Source of the DNA: Cyanophora paradoxa CCMP329
Taxonomy: Eukaryota > Plantae > Glaucophyta
Direction: 5' to 3'
Length of the DNA: 64,000 nt
NCBI GenBank assembly: GCA_004431415.1
Contig: QPMI01000533.1
Coordinates: 1 to 64,000, forward strand
The notes under the pieces are model-generated. The model ran no database searches. It was not told the DNA's origin and worked only from the letters and a program-made list of their open reading frames with translations. Of this stretch, positions 36,410 to 49,350 are shown in pieces. Numbering within the stretch: position 1 is the first letter of the stretch; each line of letters begins with the position of its first letter. Made by a program: the position numbers and the translations under genes.

Positions 36410-39400
36410 ATGTGTAGGCGAGCGGCAACGCTCTGGCTCCTGTGCTTGACGCTCCTCCAAGGTGGGGTTGCCAGCTAGCATTAGCGCTGCCGCCCGTCAC
36501 CCGCCCGCAGTTGCGCTCGCTGTGGACCCGTTCGGCTTCTCTGTTGGCATCTGGACTCCGCTCAACTCGACGGGCGGCGGCCCGCAACCGAGCGCCAGGC
36601 GATGGCACTCGATCACAGCCCTGGACTCCGGTAGCTTCGTCCTCTTCGGCGGGCGGGAGGACGGCTTCACCTCCGCGAGCAACGGCAGCACATCGACCAC
36701 GCAAACGACGCGCTACTTGAACGACGTGTGGCTCTTCACGTTCAGTGCGCCCGCGTCTCCGTCCTCGCCGCGGGCCGCTGCCCTCGCCGGCCCTCACCGC
36801 GCCCAGGCGCGGGCCGCAAGATCGAATGGAAGGAGCTGGTGAAGCAGGAGGATGACCTGTTGATCCCCTCGGGCCGGCCGGCCGCGCGGTACGCGCACTC
36901 AGCCATCGTCCGGCGCTCGGGCGGTGCGCTCGGTGCCCGGGGGCGGCGGCGCGGGCCGGCGGCTCACGTCCGCGCAGGTAAGCAGTTTCTCGTCATCTAC
37001 GGCGGCTACAGCCCGCTCTGCGGCGACTACTGCTCCGACATGTGGGAGCTCGACATCGGTGCGGGGCGCCGCCCCGCCCCGCCAAGACCCGCCCCGCCCC
37101 GCCCGGCGCGGCGCTGAGAAGCGACGCAGAGGCGAAGACCTGGAAGCAGTGGACCAAATACAGCGGAAGCGCGGCGGCGGCGGATCCATACACGCTCAAG
37201 TGCAGCCCAGACAAGTGGATCGGGCGGCGCTGGCGCCACGTCGCAGAAGCTTACGGGCCCTACATGCTCGTATTCGGAGGCTTCCGGTCCTGGCAGGTGC
37301 GGCGCGGCGCCCGTACCCCCCGGCGCCTCCGCCCCGTCGGGCAGCGGGGCTCATTCCCGTACCCCCCTCGTCCAGGACCCGGACGAAAGCTCCGTCGGCT
37401 TCTTGAATGACCTCTGGGAGATCGATTTCGGCGCGCTCGTACCCCCCTCCTCCCACACGCGTACCCCCTGACCGGGCGGTCATCCCGGGGGGTAGAGGCG
37501 CGAACGGCCACGCGGCTCCAGCCGGCGGTCTCGGGGTCCTTCTCGCTGTCGGACCTCTCCCGCGTATCCCCCGGCAGCGTCCTGAACCCCGGCAGGTGCG
37601 GTACCCCCCTCTCCGCCCTCCCCCGATCCCGTACCCCTCGTAAACGGGCTGCAGCGGGAGCGGGAAGACGGGGACGCTGTTCGTGTTCGGGGGGTACCGC
37701 AGCAACTCGGCGACCCCCGCCGATGGCGTCTGGCTGAACGACCTGTACAGGTGCCCGGAGGGGTACCCAATTTCTCCCTAAAACGCTCTTCCAACGCTTT
37801 CGCGAGCAGCTACAACCACCTGGCCAACGAGTGGAAGCTCGAGACGTTCGCGAATCCCGCGGGCCGGTCGACGCCCATACCATCCGAGCGCTACGGGCCC
37901 ACCATGTTCGCCTACGCCGAGGTACCCCCTCCCTTCTTCAACCTCCCTCCCCTCCCCGACTCTCTCTGACCGCGTACCCCCCTTCACCCCCCTATCCCCT
38001 CCCTTCTTCAACCCCCCCCCCCGACTCTCTCTGACCGCGTACCCCCCCCCCTTTTCCTCCAGGTTCTGGGGATCTTCGGGGGCCGGGACTCGAACAACGC
38101 CGACCTTGGGGACGTCTGGATGTTCAACACGAGTCCGTCCTCCCCGTACCCCTCAGCCCTAACTTCCACCCCTCCCCCCCTCCCCAACAGCTATAGCGTT
38201 CTCTATCACCCCCCGTATCCCCGCACCCGCCCGCCCAGCTCGGCTGCGCCTCCCGCTCACCCCCCCCCCTAACTTCGTTCGCAGCGAGCCGCTACTGGAC
38301 CGAGTTCGAGTACAAGCAGCTGGTGACGAGCGCGGGGCTCTGGCCGGCCGGCCGCTCCCGGCACGCCGGCGCCTCCATGGGCGACTCCCGGTGCGCGCGC
38401 ACCCTCTTCTAAGCTTCTAAGAGAGTCTTGAGAGAGCGAAGAGAGCAGCAGGGCAAGAGACGTCTAGAGCGCTTGGAAGAAGAGGAATCCCGCCTCTTAA
38501 CAGCCGTCCTCTTCTAAGAGAGTCTCGAGAGAGCGAAGAGAGCAGCCGGGGGCGACGCACGCGCCCTGAGGGCTTTCTGGGCGACCGGTGGCGTGCCCTA
38601 GGGCGAGATGCGTCCAAAGCCTTCAGCGCGGCCGGCCTTTAGTCGCCTTCGAGCGCGGCCGGTCTTTAGAGCCTTTAGAGCCTTTAGAGCCTTAAGAGCC
38701 TTTAGAGCCTTTAGTAGAGCTCAGGAAAGTTCACGTTTCGCCCCGCAGGGTCGTCGTCTTCGGTGGCTCCTCGGAGGGCCCGAACATCGCCGACCCCTGG
38801 CTCCTCGACCTCGGTCCGTTCTTTCTTCTTTTGTTTGTTTCCGGGACGGCTAGAGGGAGGGGAGGGAGGGGACACGCCTATAGCTAGCGCTCTCCACTGC
38901 CCTTTCACCTTAATATCTCGTCCGGCTCCTCGAGCTCGGTCCGTTCTTTCTGTTGTTTGGTGTTTGTTGTTTGTTGTAGCCCCCTCCGCCTTCTTCTTCT
39001 TCGCGGGGGTTGGTCGCCCGGGCCGACCGTTGAACGTCTGCGCGCGCGCACGCAGACCGGTGCAAGGCGGACTGCAGCGGGCACGGTGCGTGCGTCCGGG
39101 GGTACTGCGTCTGCGACCCCGGCTTCTTCGGCCCCGACTGCTCCGGCCGTGCGCCTGTACTCCCGGTCCCGTACCCGTCAACGTGCCCCCGAACCCACGC
39201 CCTTGCCTGCGTGCAGGGTACTGCCCGGACAGCACCTGCACGTACGACTACGTCCTGCACAAGCAGGCGAGGGGGCTGTCTCTCTTTATATAGAAAAAGC
39301 TTCACGTTATAAGCTTCTTTACGTAATAGTCTGACTTCAACTTTGTTCGCTGCAGACGTGCGCGCACTGCAGCTCGCGGGGGTCGTGCGACGGCTCTGTG

Positions 39401-41310
39401 GTGGACGCGGCCGGCAAGGGCCTGTGCGTCTGCAGGGAGCCCAGCACGGGGTACAAGTGCGAGCTCAGTGCGCTTCCCGTACCCCCCCTTTCTTCTTCCC
39501 TGCAAACGCTGAGCCCTCGCCCGGCGGCAGCGCTCTGCCCCCAGAACTGCACCGTCAAAGCCTCCGTCAACTCTCTTGGCGGGGGTACGCCTTCCCCTCC
39601 TTCCCTTCCTCCCCCCCCCCCCCCCCCCCCCCCTTATCTTGGAGCTCGCCCCCTCACTTGCGCCGCGCCGCAGGGGCCTCTATCCCGCAGGGCACGGCCC
39701 CTTTCATCCTCCAGTACGGCCGCATCGAGAGGTACCCCCCCCCCCCCCGCCTCTCCCCCCCGATGCCTCCTCTACCTCCCGCCGAACCCTCTACCCCCCC
39801 ATTCCCCCTTCGCCTCCACTCCAGCTGGGACTTCAACGCGTACGAACCCTACGCGAACGGCCTCTGCAACGCGAACGGCACTTGCACGTGCTACGATCCG
39901 TTCCGCGGCACCGACTGCTCCCTCCGCTCGTGCGCGGTACCCCCCGCCCCGCGCTCAGATCTCACCTGAGCCGGGCCCTCCCCCCAGCGGCTGCAAGGAC
40001 GTCACGGCGGACAACTACGACGCGGAGGCGACCGTGTCGCTCGACATCTGCAAGCACGCCTGTGCGCCTGCCTTTGAATGACGTGCCGGACCGTGTTTAT
40101 TAGTTTCGGAGGAGCCTAGTTGAAGCGGGAACTTCCCTTCCGTCCCCATCCCCCTCTCTCCCTCGCCCAACGCACCCCGCCCCCCTTTGAATGACATGCT
40201 GGACCGTGTTAAGCTTAGATTTGGAGGACCCCAGCTAGTATGAGGGGGAACTTTCTCCCCGCCTCCATCCCTTTCGCTCCCTTGTCCGACGCCCCTCCTT
40301 CCCCGCCCCGCAGCGGTGGTGGTCCTACCCCGCTCGACGGTGACCCTCGTATTCAACATCTCGTGCACAGTCTTCCTGTCCGAGGCCCGCCGTACCCCCC
40401 GCGGCCTCCTCCCATCCCCGCCCTCCCTCACCGTACCCCCCAGAACCTGGCCGAGAACGTCACGGAGGCGTTCAACGAGGCCTTCAAGTGCACCAACTGC
40501 TACATCTCCGACGTGCGCGTACCCCCTCCCCGCGAACCACGTACCCCTTGCTCGTCCGACGGGTACCCCCTTCCCGCGCAGATCAAGTGCGGCTCGACGA
40601 TCGTGACGATGGTGATCGGTGACACCCTGTGCGGAACTTCTTTTGGCGGCCCTACCTGCATCACCTTCCCCGTACCCCCCGGCTCATCATCACGTACGCC
40701 CCGCCCCGCAGCAAGGCGAGCAGCGCCGCGGGCCTGGCGGGCATCGCAGCGGACCCGTCGTCGGCCGTCAACGTCGCCGCCACCGTCTTCGTGCGCGGGC
40801 CCCGTACCCCCCTGACCGGCGAGTTTCGAATCACCGTACCCCGCGCGCCTGAACGACGGCCCCCTGGGCGACGCAGCTCTACATGCAGAACCAGGAGCGC
40901 CTGCAGGCATTCAAGGCTAGCTCCTTCTTGCTCTCTTGAAGTTGTTCGAATTTGCAAACATTTGATCTCCTCGTTCGGGCAGGACATGCTGAAGAACATC
41001 AACGTGGTGTACGAGGACTTGATCATAGACGGCACGTACAAGCCGAGGACGGTTCTCCCGGACACGCCCGAGCAGCGGCAGGCCCTCACGAAGCAAAAGG
41101 CACGAAGCGGCGCCTTGAGTTTCTATGTACCCCCCTTCTACTGGGTAACGCGGACGTACCCCCGCACCGCAGCTCGCGGCGCAGACGACGGGCTCTACGA
41201 CGACCGCGAAGAAGGAGGAGCCGACGAGCTATTTGTGGGTTTTCGGGCTCGTCTGGCTGGGCGCGTACCCCCCTACGCTTCACCCCCCCTCTTTCTTCAT
41301 CTCCAGCTGA
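36410..41310 (+). CDS. Secreted Kelch-repeat/EGF-like protein (attractin/MEGF8-like architecture) with a SEA-like C-terminal module
   Basis: Signal peptide MCRRAATLWLLCLTLLQVALA; Kelch motifs FVLFGG..YLNDVW, LVIYGG..SDMW, MLVFGG..LNDLW, LFVFGG..LNDLY; EGF motifs DCSGHG..CVCDPGFFGPDC and CNANGTCTCYDPFRGTDC; GCKDVTADNYD; CGSTIV. Confidence 0.8.
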
Positions 41311-41842
41311 GTTTCGCGCGCAGCCGTCTTCATCATACCGTAGCTATAGGGCAAGCACGCGTCTATGGAGTATTATATGAGGACCGGCGATCAAGTTCGG
41401 TCCTCGAGCTTAGATTAAGTAGGCGCTCTGGATTTGATTCCGTGAGCTAAAGCTTTAGCTATGTGTTCGTCTCGCGCGCGCGCCTCGCGCACATGTATAG
41501 GCGCTCGCTATCGTATTATGTTTGTAATTTAATCATCGAACACAATCAACTTGTAAAGACTTCGCGAGGTAAGTGCGTCCGCAGCCGAGCCTCGGAGGTC
41601 AATTCCCCGCCCTCCCCCCCCCTCCCCCACCGCCCCCACCCCCGGCCCTTCCCCTCCCCGGCCCCTGCCGCCCTCCATCGATATCTTCCGCCGCAGCGGT
41701 AGCTCAGTATGAGCCTACGAATAAGATTGCCGTGAGCAATGTAAAATATGTACAGGTGGCAAGATTCGCTAAAGCGAGCTCCGAGCTCGAGCTCGATGCA
41801 AGTTGTCATTTGCGGGCCCCGGGCCGGAAAGTGGGGTACGCG

Positions 41843-43827
41843 TTAAACGTTCGCGCCCGTGCGCTCCTCCACGACGGCGACGGTGCACGTGCTCGGAAGG
41901 AGCTCGCCCGAATCCTCGGGGGGCGCGAGGCAGTCGTCGCTCCCGACGATGTCGTCTGCGGCCGCGGGCATCGATATCGATATCGTCCAGCGTTTCAAAC
42001 ACGACGCCAAGAGAAAAGAAAGTTGACGTGCTCGCACCGTAGCTCCGGGTGACGCGCAGGATGAGCGACGGGGCGGAGGGACCGGAGACGGTCCCGGGCG
42101 TGTCGGCCCCGAACCCTCCCTCGGCGGGGCGGCGGAGGAAGCGCGCCGTGCATGCGTAGCGGTCGCCCACGTTCCACGACGGAATCGCCGCGACGGACGC
42201 CTTCTCATAGAAGGGAAGCCCCCAGGGAAGCGCCTGAAGACCAGGAAGATCGATGCCTTCTGCGGAGGAATAAATTATAATTAAATAGATATCGAGCTCA
42301 TGGTCGTGATCATCCTTGCTCAAAAAATGCAACTTTTGAGTGAGAACGCACCGGCCGTCGGGATAAGAAGAAGGGCGACGAACTCGGCGTAGGGTTCGTA
42401 CGGGGTGGTGCTGTAGTTGAAGCTCATGAAGACGGTGGCGTTGAAGCCCGGCCCCGAGGCGAGGCTGCGGCACTGGAGGGCCCCCTTGTTGCCCGAGAGG
42501 TTGGTGTCGGCGATGTCGTCCGGGGCCACAGTGGCGCGGAGGACGACGCGGACGAGGGCGCTCCGCCCGAGGTCGACGCCGCCCATCTCGCCCCAGACCG
42601 CGTTGATGGGGCCCCGACCGACCAGGCTCGCGAAGCGGACGTTGTCTGCGCACATGTACACCAACAAACGTGTGAGCTCATGAAAAAACCCTTCGAATTC
42701 GCGATCGCGCGCGAAATTAAAAGCTTAATGATCCGGATCCGGAATCACACCGATATCGATATCAGCGCTCGCGCACGCGCACCTTGTGGATTTAGCGCTC
42801 GAGGGGGGTTCGAGTCCGGGCGCTCTTCCACGACGGCCGCCGGGCGGCAATGCACTCGGGGGCGTAGAAGTCCGGCCTGCCGAACTTGCAGTTCGGGTTC
42901 CCGAATATGTCGGCTGCGCATGCGGGCACCGATCACGAATTCGAAGGCGGAACGTAATGATCAAAGATGCGAATTATAATGATAAGGGGAACCAGCTGAT
43001 ATCTAGAGCGCGCTCGAGCTCGCACCGTAGCTCTGCGTGACGCGCAGGAAGAGCGGCGGGGCGGAGGGGCCCGAGACGGTCCCGTCGGGGCGTACGACGC
43101 GCGCGGCGCAGGCGTAGCGGTCGCCCACGTTCCACGAGGGAACCACCGAAACGCTCGAAAAAGCTTGAAGACGAGCAACGTCGATGCCGTCTGCGAGGAC
43201 AATTGCAAATAGAAATCAGCTGCAGATCTCGCTGCCACCGCGCGCGTGGCCGCGAGGCCCGGGGGAAACGTACCAGCCGTCGGAACGAGAAGAAAGTTGA
43301 CAAACTCGGCGCCCACGGCTTTGAAAAACAGCCAATTAGGGCTGCGATAGTCAAACATCGGGGCGCTGGCGATGAAGCCGGGCTTCGAGCCGAGGCTGCA
43401 CTCCAGAGTCGCCGAGTAGCCCGCGAAGTCGACGCCGGCGGCGTCCTGGAGGGACACGGAGGCACGGAGCCAGACGAGGACCGCGACGCTCTGCTGGAGA
43501 CTGACGCCGGCCAGCTCTCCCCAGCCCGCGGGGTTGAGCCCGCGGGGATGATCCGGTGCAAGTTCCGCGAAGTGGATGCCTGCGACGTCGACGCGTAAGT
43601 ACACACAATTAGAACGCTCAGAAGCCTTGATGGAAGTCGTCGCGGCGCGTGCGCATTCTAAGGTCGGAGGCGGGGATTTTGGAAGCGCGATCGCGCGAAC
43701 CGTTGTTAACGTTGGCAGGCATGGGAGTCGTGCGGGCGGGGCTTGCGACCGCGCACGAGGCGAGGGCGAGGACGGCTGCGACGGCGCCGAGAATTCGAAG
43801 GGCGACGGCGCGGTCCGCGGCCGCCAT
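41843..43827 (-). CDS. Secreted orphan protein with two tandem copies of a Cys-containing domain; possible frameshifts in the first copy
   Basis: Signal peptide MAAADRAVALRILGAVAAVLALASCAVA; repeated blocks WGE(L/M)xGVxL, L(E/Q)C..PGF, AEFVxxLL(V/I)PTAG, SWNVGDRYAC, LRVTxSY, AVVEER with matching intron positions. Confidence 0.65.
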
Positions 43828-44222
43828 CGTAATCGAGGTTCGATCGGAGATGGCCATGGGAGTGCTGCGAAGAGAGAGATGCGAGTGATGCGCGAGCGAG
43901 AGCGCGAAACCGTTGAACCGCTTAAGCTTTGCGCTCGAAACGGTCCGCGAAAAATGGTTCTTCGGTGACGTCGACGTCTCGCGCGAAACGGCGGCTCAAT
44001 GAACTCGAAAGCTCATTCGAAAGCTCGCACATGGGGTCCGTCCGTGAGGAGCCTGAAATCCGTCTAGATCTAGATCTGCGCCTCTTCCAGACCGGTCGCG
44101 GGGCGAGTTGGAGGGGACAGATCTAGACCGCCGCTTGATCGAAATCATGAACTGGTTTTGAAATCTAGACCGCCGAACTCGGAATTAAATATTGGTGAAT
44201 TGCCGGCGCCGGCCGCCGGGGC

Positions 44223-44446
44223 CCGCCATCGTAATCGAGGTTCGAGATGAGAACTAGAGTGCTGCGAAGATAGAAATGCGAGTGACTCAGTGACTCAGTG
44301 ATGCGCGAGTGAGAGCGCAAAACCGGTTTAATTTGCGCTCGACTGGCGCCGCGGCGATCGGTGACTCGGCGAAACCGTTGAACCGTTGAACGGTCCGCGA
44401 AAAATTGGTTTTTAATTAGGTACGTTTCGCGCGAAACGGCGACTCA
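44223..44446. repeat. Degenerate direct copy of the start codon and upstream region (43821-43998) of the adjacent gene
   Basis: Shared blocks CCGCCATCGTAATCGAGGTTCGA, GAGTGCTGCGAAGA, CGGTCCGCGAAAAA and TCGCGCGAAACGGCG in the same order. Confidence 0.75.
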
Positions 44447-47159
44447 TGATCAATCAAGTTGATCAATAATCAAGTTCTAGAGGCGACTCGGCAGCGAGGG
44501 GGGCTCGCGATCGGGTCGCCCTCGCGTGTACGTAGGATTCCCCCTATAGCTAGCCTGTACTGCAGCACTAGACCTGCTGGCCATGGTCTAGCCCCCGGGG
44601 TAGCTATAGCCTCTCCAGCTATTTACACATCATGGCATCCGAGCTCCACCCGGTCCGATGTCCGAAAGGCTTAGTCCCGTATATATACTATGATACGTAG
44701 GCTCATCTCTCTTAGTCCCGTAGGGTCATCTCTTCATTTAACTTCTATCTCTAGCCATTTGTCTCGGTGTGTGCGAATTCATTTAAGATAACTCGCGATA
44801 TCGATCGGGACTCCGGGGCCTTGAGCTCGGGCAGCACGCTGGGGTGGGGTCCGCGCGCGCTGCAAGCAGCATCAGATCTAGACGAGCGAATCGCGCTCAG
44901 CCTCGTTCGCTGGCGCGTTGCGGCCCAGCGGCGGCATCTCGATATCGATCCCGGCCAGCTCCAACTCATGATCATGACCTGATGGCAACACCGGCCGTCT
45001 TGGAAGCTTAAGGTGCCTCATTCCGTCGGCCGCCTTCTCTGCTGAATGAGGTCAGGAGGGGGGGGGGGGGGGGGGGTACGGCTCTCGTGGATGGGGAGGG
45101 GCACCGCCGAAGCGCGCGTCGGCGCATGCACTGCTCGTCCTCGCCACGGTACCCCCGAAAGCCCGTCAGCGGCGGGGCGCGAGGCGGGGGGGCTGCTGCG
45201 GGCGCGGACCCCGGGGCCCGGATCGCAGGACGACTGCAGGGGGTACAAGGGACACGCGAGACGGGTGCAGGCCCTGCAGTCCACGAGAGGCGGGGGACAA
45301 TACCACGATCGCGACCACGGCGGCGGCGGAGGGGGGGGGGGGGGGGGGGGAGGGCTAGAGGATAGGGCCCAGGCCCGCCATCGCGGGCGGGCACTCGCCC
45401 CTGCCTTCGGGCACGCCTCGCTGAGCCGCGGGCCCGCCCCGCCCGCTCCGCCCCGTCCTCTGCCCCGTCGCCGAGGCCCGGCCCGCTGCCGCCAGCTGCC
45501 GGGGCCTTGCGCCCGGCCGCAGCTTCCCAGCGCGCCCGCCGCCGCGGTCCTGAGCGAGCCCGACTGCGGCGCAGGCGGCGCAGCGTCGAGGCGGCTGCCG
45601 AGGCCCGTCCGACGGTCTGGTGCCCGTGCTGCGCGCGCAGCCGTCAGCCGCTGGCACGCACGTGCCCGTCTCAATCCGGCAGCGCGCTCCAGCTCACCGA
45701 TCGCGGCCTCTTGACCGCTGGTCCAGAGCCGCCGAGCGCCTGGCGCCGGGCGGCGACGCGATGCAGCGACTCGGCGACCCCTGCACAGCAAGAATCAGCT
45801 CGGGTTGAGCTCGAGTAAAACCCGAGATAGCATCTTTGCGAATTTCCAATGCAAGAATGAGCCCGAAATACCATTTAAGCTCATCTCGGCAGGCATTTAA
45901 GCTTATTAAAGCTTATCTCGCAGGCCTGTGACCGGAGCACCCGTGCACCCGCGCCGCGCGCCCACCCGGGTGACCAGCGAGCAGCCAATCTCGATTGCAC
46001 TCACTCTCTAGCTAGCTAGCTAGCTATCAGATGCCTATGGTCTCGCTAGCTAGCTAGCTACAGCTACATCGCGCCTCGTTGACCAACTCTTCGCTAGCTC
46101 GCAGCGCCATCCGCGCAGCGCCATCGCCCACTTGTCCCAGCCGCCGGCGCCGCTCCATGTGCTCCACCACATCCGCGGCGCCTCGTTGCGCGTGCCGCGG
46201 TTGCCAGGCGCCTGCACGCGCGAAGTCAAGGCAAGGCGCGGCGCCCAAAGCTCAGCGCGGGACGGGAAGCTACAGGATGGACCGGCCTGGCGCGCTTGCT
46301 AGCAAGCATTGCGCATGCTAGCTAACGTGGCGCAGCCTGGGGCGCGCGCGTACCTGGTGCCAGAGGGACCGCGGAACGCGGAACGCAGGGAGACCACCGA
46401 GGGCTCCTGCACGGAGTAGTCAGATCACTTAGCAAATCCGATGGCAGGACGGTTTCTTGGGCACTTGTTCGAACCTGTCATCGCGTCTCGGTCCAGAGCG
46501 TCGGAATTCGCGTCTCGGTGCTCGGAAGGGTTGCTGTCCGCCCTCAAGAGCTAGTTAGCCAGCGTGGCACCGAGTGGACGGCGGGAGACCGACCGCGGCG
46601 GGTGTCCGTTAGTCCGACATGTGCGTGAACAGGACAGTCTGCGCATGAACAAGATGCAAAAGCACTAGGAATCGCGGCTCTGCGCTGCTGCTCGGGCGCT
46701 GGCCAGCCCGGTCGAGAAAGCCAGCCTGCAGTGCCGTTGACGAAGGTCTTTTGGATGTGTACCCCGGTTTGATTGCGTACCCAACTGCCGCAACTGCCGC
46801 AACTGCCGCAACCGCCGCACTACTGCACTACCACTAAATCAGCCGCGCGCAGTTGCGGGAAGCATGCAGAGCCCAAGGACACGAAGAACTGGCGCGGCGC
46901 GATATGGCGAGAGGCAACCGATACACAGCCCGAGCCGCTAGCGAGCGAAAAGCCTCGTGCGTGCAAATTCTAGTACAATGTCTCCTACGAGTCCCCAGGG
47001 CTGAGTACTCCGCGGCGCAGGGCGACTCGGCGACGCAGCGCAGATGCTGACGCGGCGCGATCCATGCGGGGACCCGCCCCTCCGGCAAGCGATATGAACA
47101 GTTCGTACCACGCTTAGACGTGTTCTCATAGACAAGTCATGGGGCCGCCGCATAGGGCC

Positions 47160-48480
47160 GAGGCGCGGCCAGGCGGAGCGGAGGCGCGGCGGCGCGGCTC
47201 GCCGGGCGGGGCGGAGGCGCGGCGGGCGGCGGCGAGGCTCGCCGGGCGGGGCAGAGGCGCAGCGGGCGGCTGGGCACTCTCGCCGGGCGGCGCGGGAGGT
47301 GCGGCGGGAGGCGGCGCGGCTCTCCGGGCGGGCGGAGGCGCAGCTGGCGGCGGCGAGGCTCGCCGCACGGAGCGGGAGGTGCGGCGGAGGCGCGGCGGGC
47401 GGCGGCGCGGCGGGCGGCGGCGCGGCGGGCGGCGACGAGGCTCGCCGCACGCGGCGGAGGCGCGGCGGGCGGCGGGGCATCTCGCCGGGCGGTACGCGAG
47501 GCGCAGCGAGCGGCGACGAGGCTCGCCGCACGCGGCGGAGGCGAGGCAGGCGGCGACGAGGCTCGCCGCACGCGGCGGAGGCGAGGCGGGCGGCGGGGCA
47601 TCTCGCCGGGCGGTGCGCGAGGCCCGGCGGGCGGCGACGAGGCTCGCCGCACGCGGCGGAGGCGCGGCGGGCGGCGGGGCATCTCGCCGGGCGGTGCGCG
47701 AGGCGCGGCGGGCGGCGACGAGGCTCGCCGCACGCGGCGGAGGCGCGGCGGGCGGCGGGCATCTCGCCGGGCGGTGCGCGAGGCGCGGCGGGCGGCGACG
47801 AGGCTCGCCGCACGCGGCGGAGGCGCGGCGGGCGGCGTCGAGGCTCACCGGGCGGGGCAGAGGCGAGGCGGGCGGCGGGCATCTCGGCGGGCGGCGCGGG
47901 AGGCGCGGCGGGCGGCGACGAGGCTCGCCGCACGCGGCGGAGGCGCGTCGGGCGGCGGCGAGGCTCTCTGGGCGGGGCGGAGGCGCGGCGGGCGGCGGAG
48001 CATCTCGCCGGGAGGTGCGCGAGGCCCGGCGGGCGGCGACGAGGCTCGCCGCACGCGGCGGAGGCGCGGCAGGCGGCGCGAGGCTCTCCGGGCGGGGCGG
48101 AGGCGCAGCTGGCGGCGGGGCATCTCGGCGGGCGGCGCGGGAGGCGCGGCGGGCGGCGGGGAGGCGCGGCGGGCGGCGACGAGGCTCGCCGCACGCGGCG
48201 GAGGCGCGGCGGGCGGCGACGAGGCTCTCCGGGCGGGGCGGAGGCGCGGCGGGCAGCGGGGCATCTCGGCGGGCGGCGCGGGAGGCGCGGCGGGCGGCGG
48301 GGAGGCGCGGCGGGCGGCGACGAGGCTCGCCGCACGCGGCGGAGGCGCGGCGGGCGGAGGCGCGGCGGGCCGCGGGGCATCTCGCCGGGCGGTGCGGGAG
48401 GCGCGGGCGGGCGGCGGCGAGGCTCGCCGCACGCGGCGGAGGCGCGGCGGGCGGAGGCGCGGCGGGCGGCGGCGGGCGGC
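47160..48480. repeat. G-rich minisatellite of ~40-bp monomers, two variants often alternating as an ~81-bp dimer
   Basis: GAGGCGCGGCGGGCGGCGACGAGGCTCGCCGCACGCGGCG alternates with GAGGCGCGGCGGGCGGCGGGGCATCTCGCCGGGCGGTGCGC. Confidence 0.92.
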
Positions 48481-49056
48481 CCCGCCTGGCTGCTGCGCCT
48501 GCCGCTTGACTGCAGGTATACGTACTTATTTATAATATCAGCTAGCTAGCTGCTAGTGGCAGCCGCGGGGCGGGGTGGGGCGGGGCGGGGCAGCCGCGGG
48601 GCGGGGCGGGGCGGCCGCGGCGCCGGCCCGGCGACTTTAGCTGCTGGGCTTCCCCGAGGCGATAGCCGCGTGAAGTCGCATGTTTTCCTTCTTTAGGACG
48701 TTTGTGCGCCCTCAGGACTCCGGGACGCGCCCCGTTCAGAGCTCCACCCGCGGCACGCGGCGAAGTACGCCTAGGTGCCCTCCGGCGGGGATCCGTTTAT
48801 CACGGCGTACCGCCGCGGCGGTCGGGCCGCGGACCTTGCTCAGCCTCAGACGGAAGGTTAACCCGCACTAGCACCGGTTTTTCACTCAAGCGTAATGGGC
48901 CGGGCCCGCGCGCACGGGGGGGAAGCCCGGAGCCTGCGGCTCGAGCTTGCCCGGCTGCTCAAAGACGCAGTACTCCCAGCAACTTCGAATTCCCGCTTTG
49001 GGATCAAGATGTACGTAGTCTAAATACTTCATTTTTATTCAAATACCAAGCTTTGC

Positions 49057-49181
49057 CGAACGTTCCGGACGATGAGCAGCGCTGATCGATGTTGAAGTAG
49101 AATCGAAGATAAACTTAGAGAAGTCATGTCTAGTACTCTGGTCTAAAGACTCATGTTAACTTGGATCGTCCGGAACGTTCG
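49057..49181. mobile_element. Possible MITE-like mini-element with 17-bp perfect inverted repeats
   Basis: CGAACGTTCCGGACGAT (49057-49073) and ATCGTCCGGAACGTTCG (49165-49181); no clear TSD. Confidence 0.35.
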
Positions 49182-49350
49182 CGCTCGCCGCGAAAATCGG
49201 TGCACACACTCTTAAGATACTATTATTTCGGAATGTCACTCATTTATATCGAGATGAAGCTCTGCTTGCTCGCTCTGTGTCGCGATCGATCGGCGTGACC
49301 ATCAACCAAGGGGCCCCGGCGAAGGCGCGGCACCCAGGCGCGCGGCACAG

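Noticed and set aside
42760-42831. tRNA-like GGTTCGAGTCC..CCA
   Set aside because: The T-stem and acceptor stem do not pair, and it lies in an exon of the minus-strand gene. Similar GGTTCGAATC words at 3551-3600 are intronic.
44750-45850. Possible spliced gene on the minus strand
   Set aside because: Splice-like signals are present, but I could not assemble a consistent frame or recognise a product.
46938-48549. Several 400-480 aa ORFs on both strands
   Set aside because: They arise from a stop-free GC minisatellite; the peptides are low-complexity R/A/G/P in all frames.
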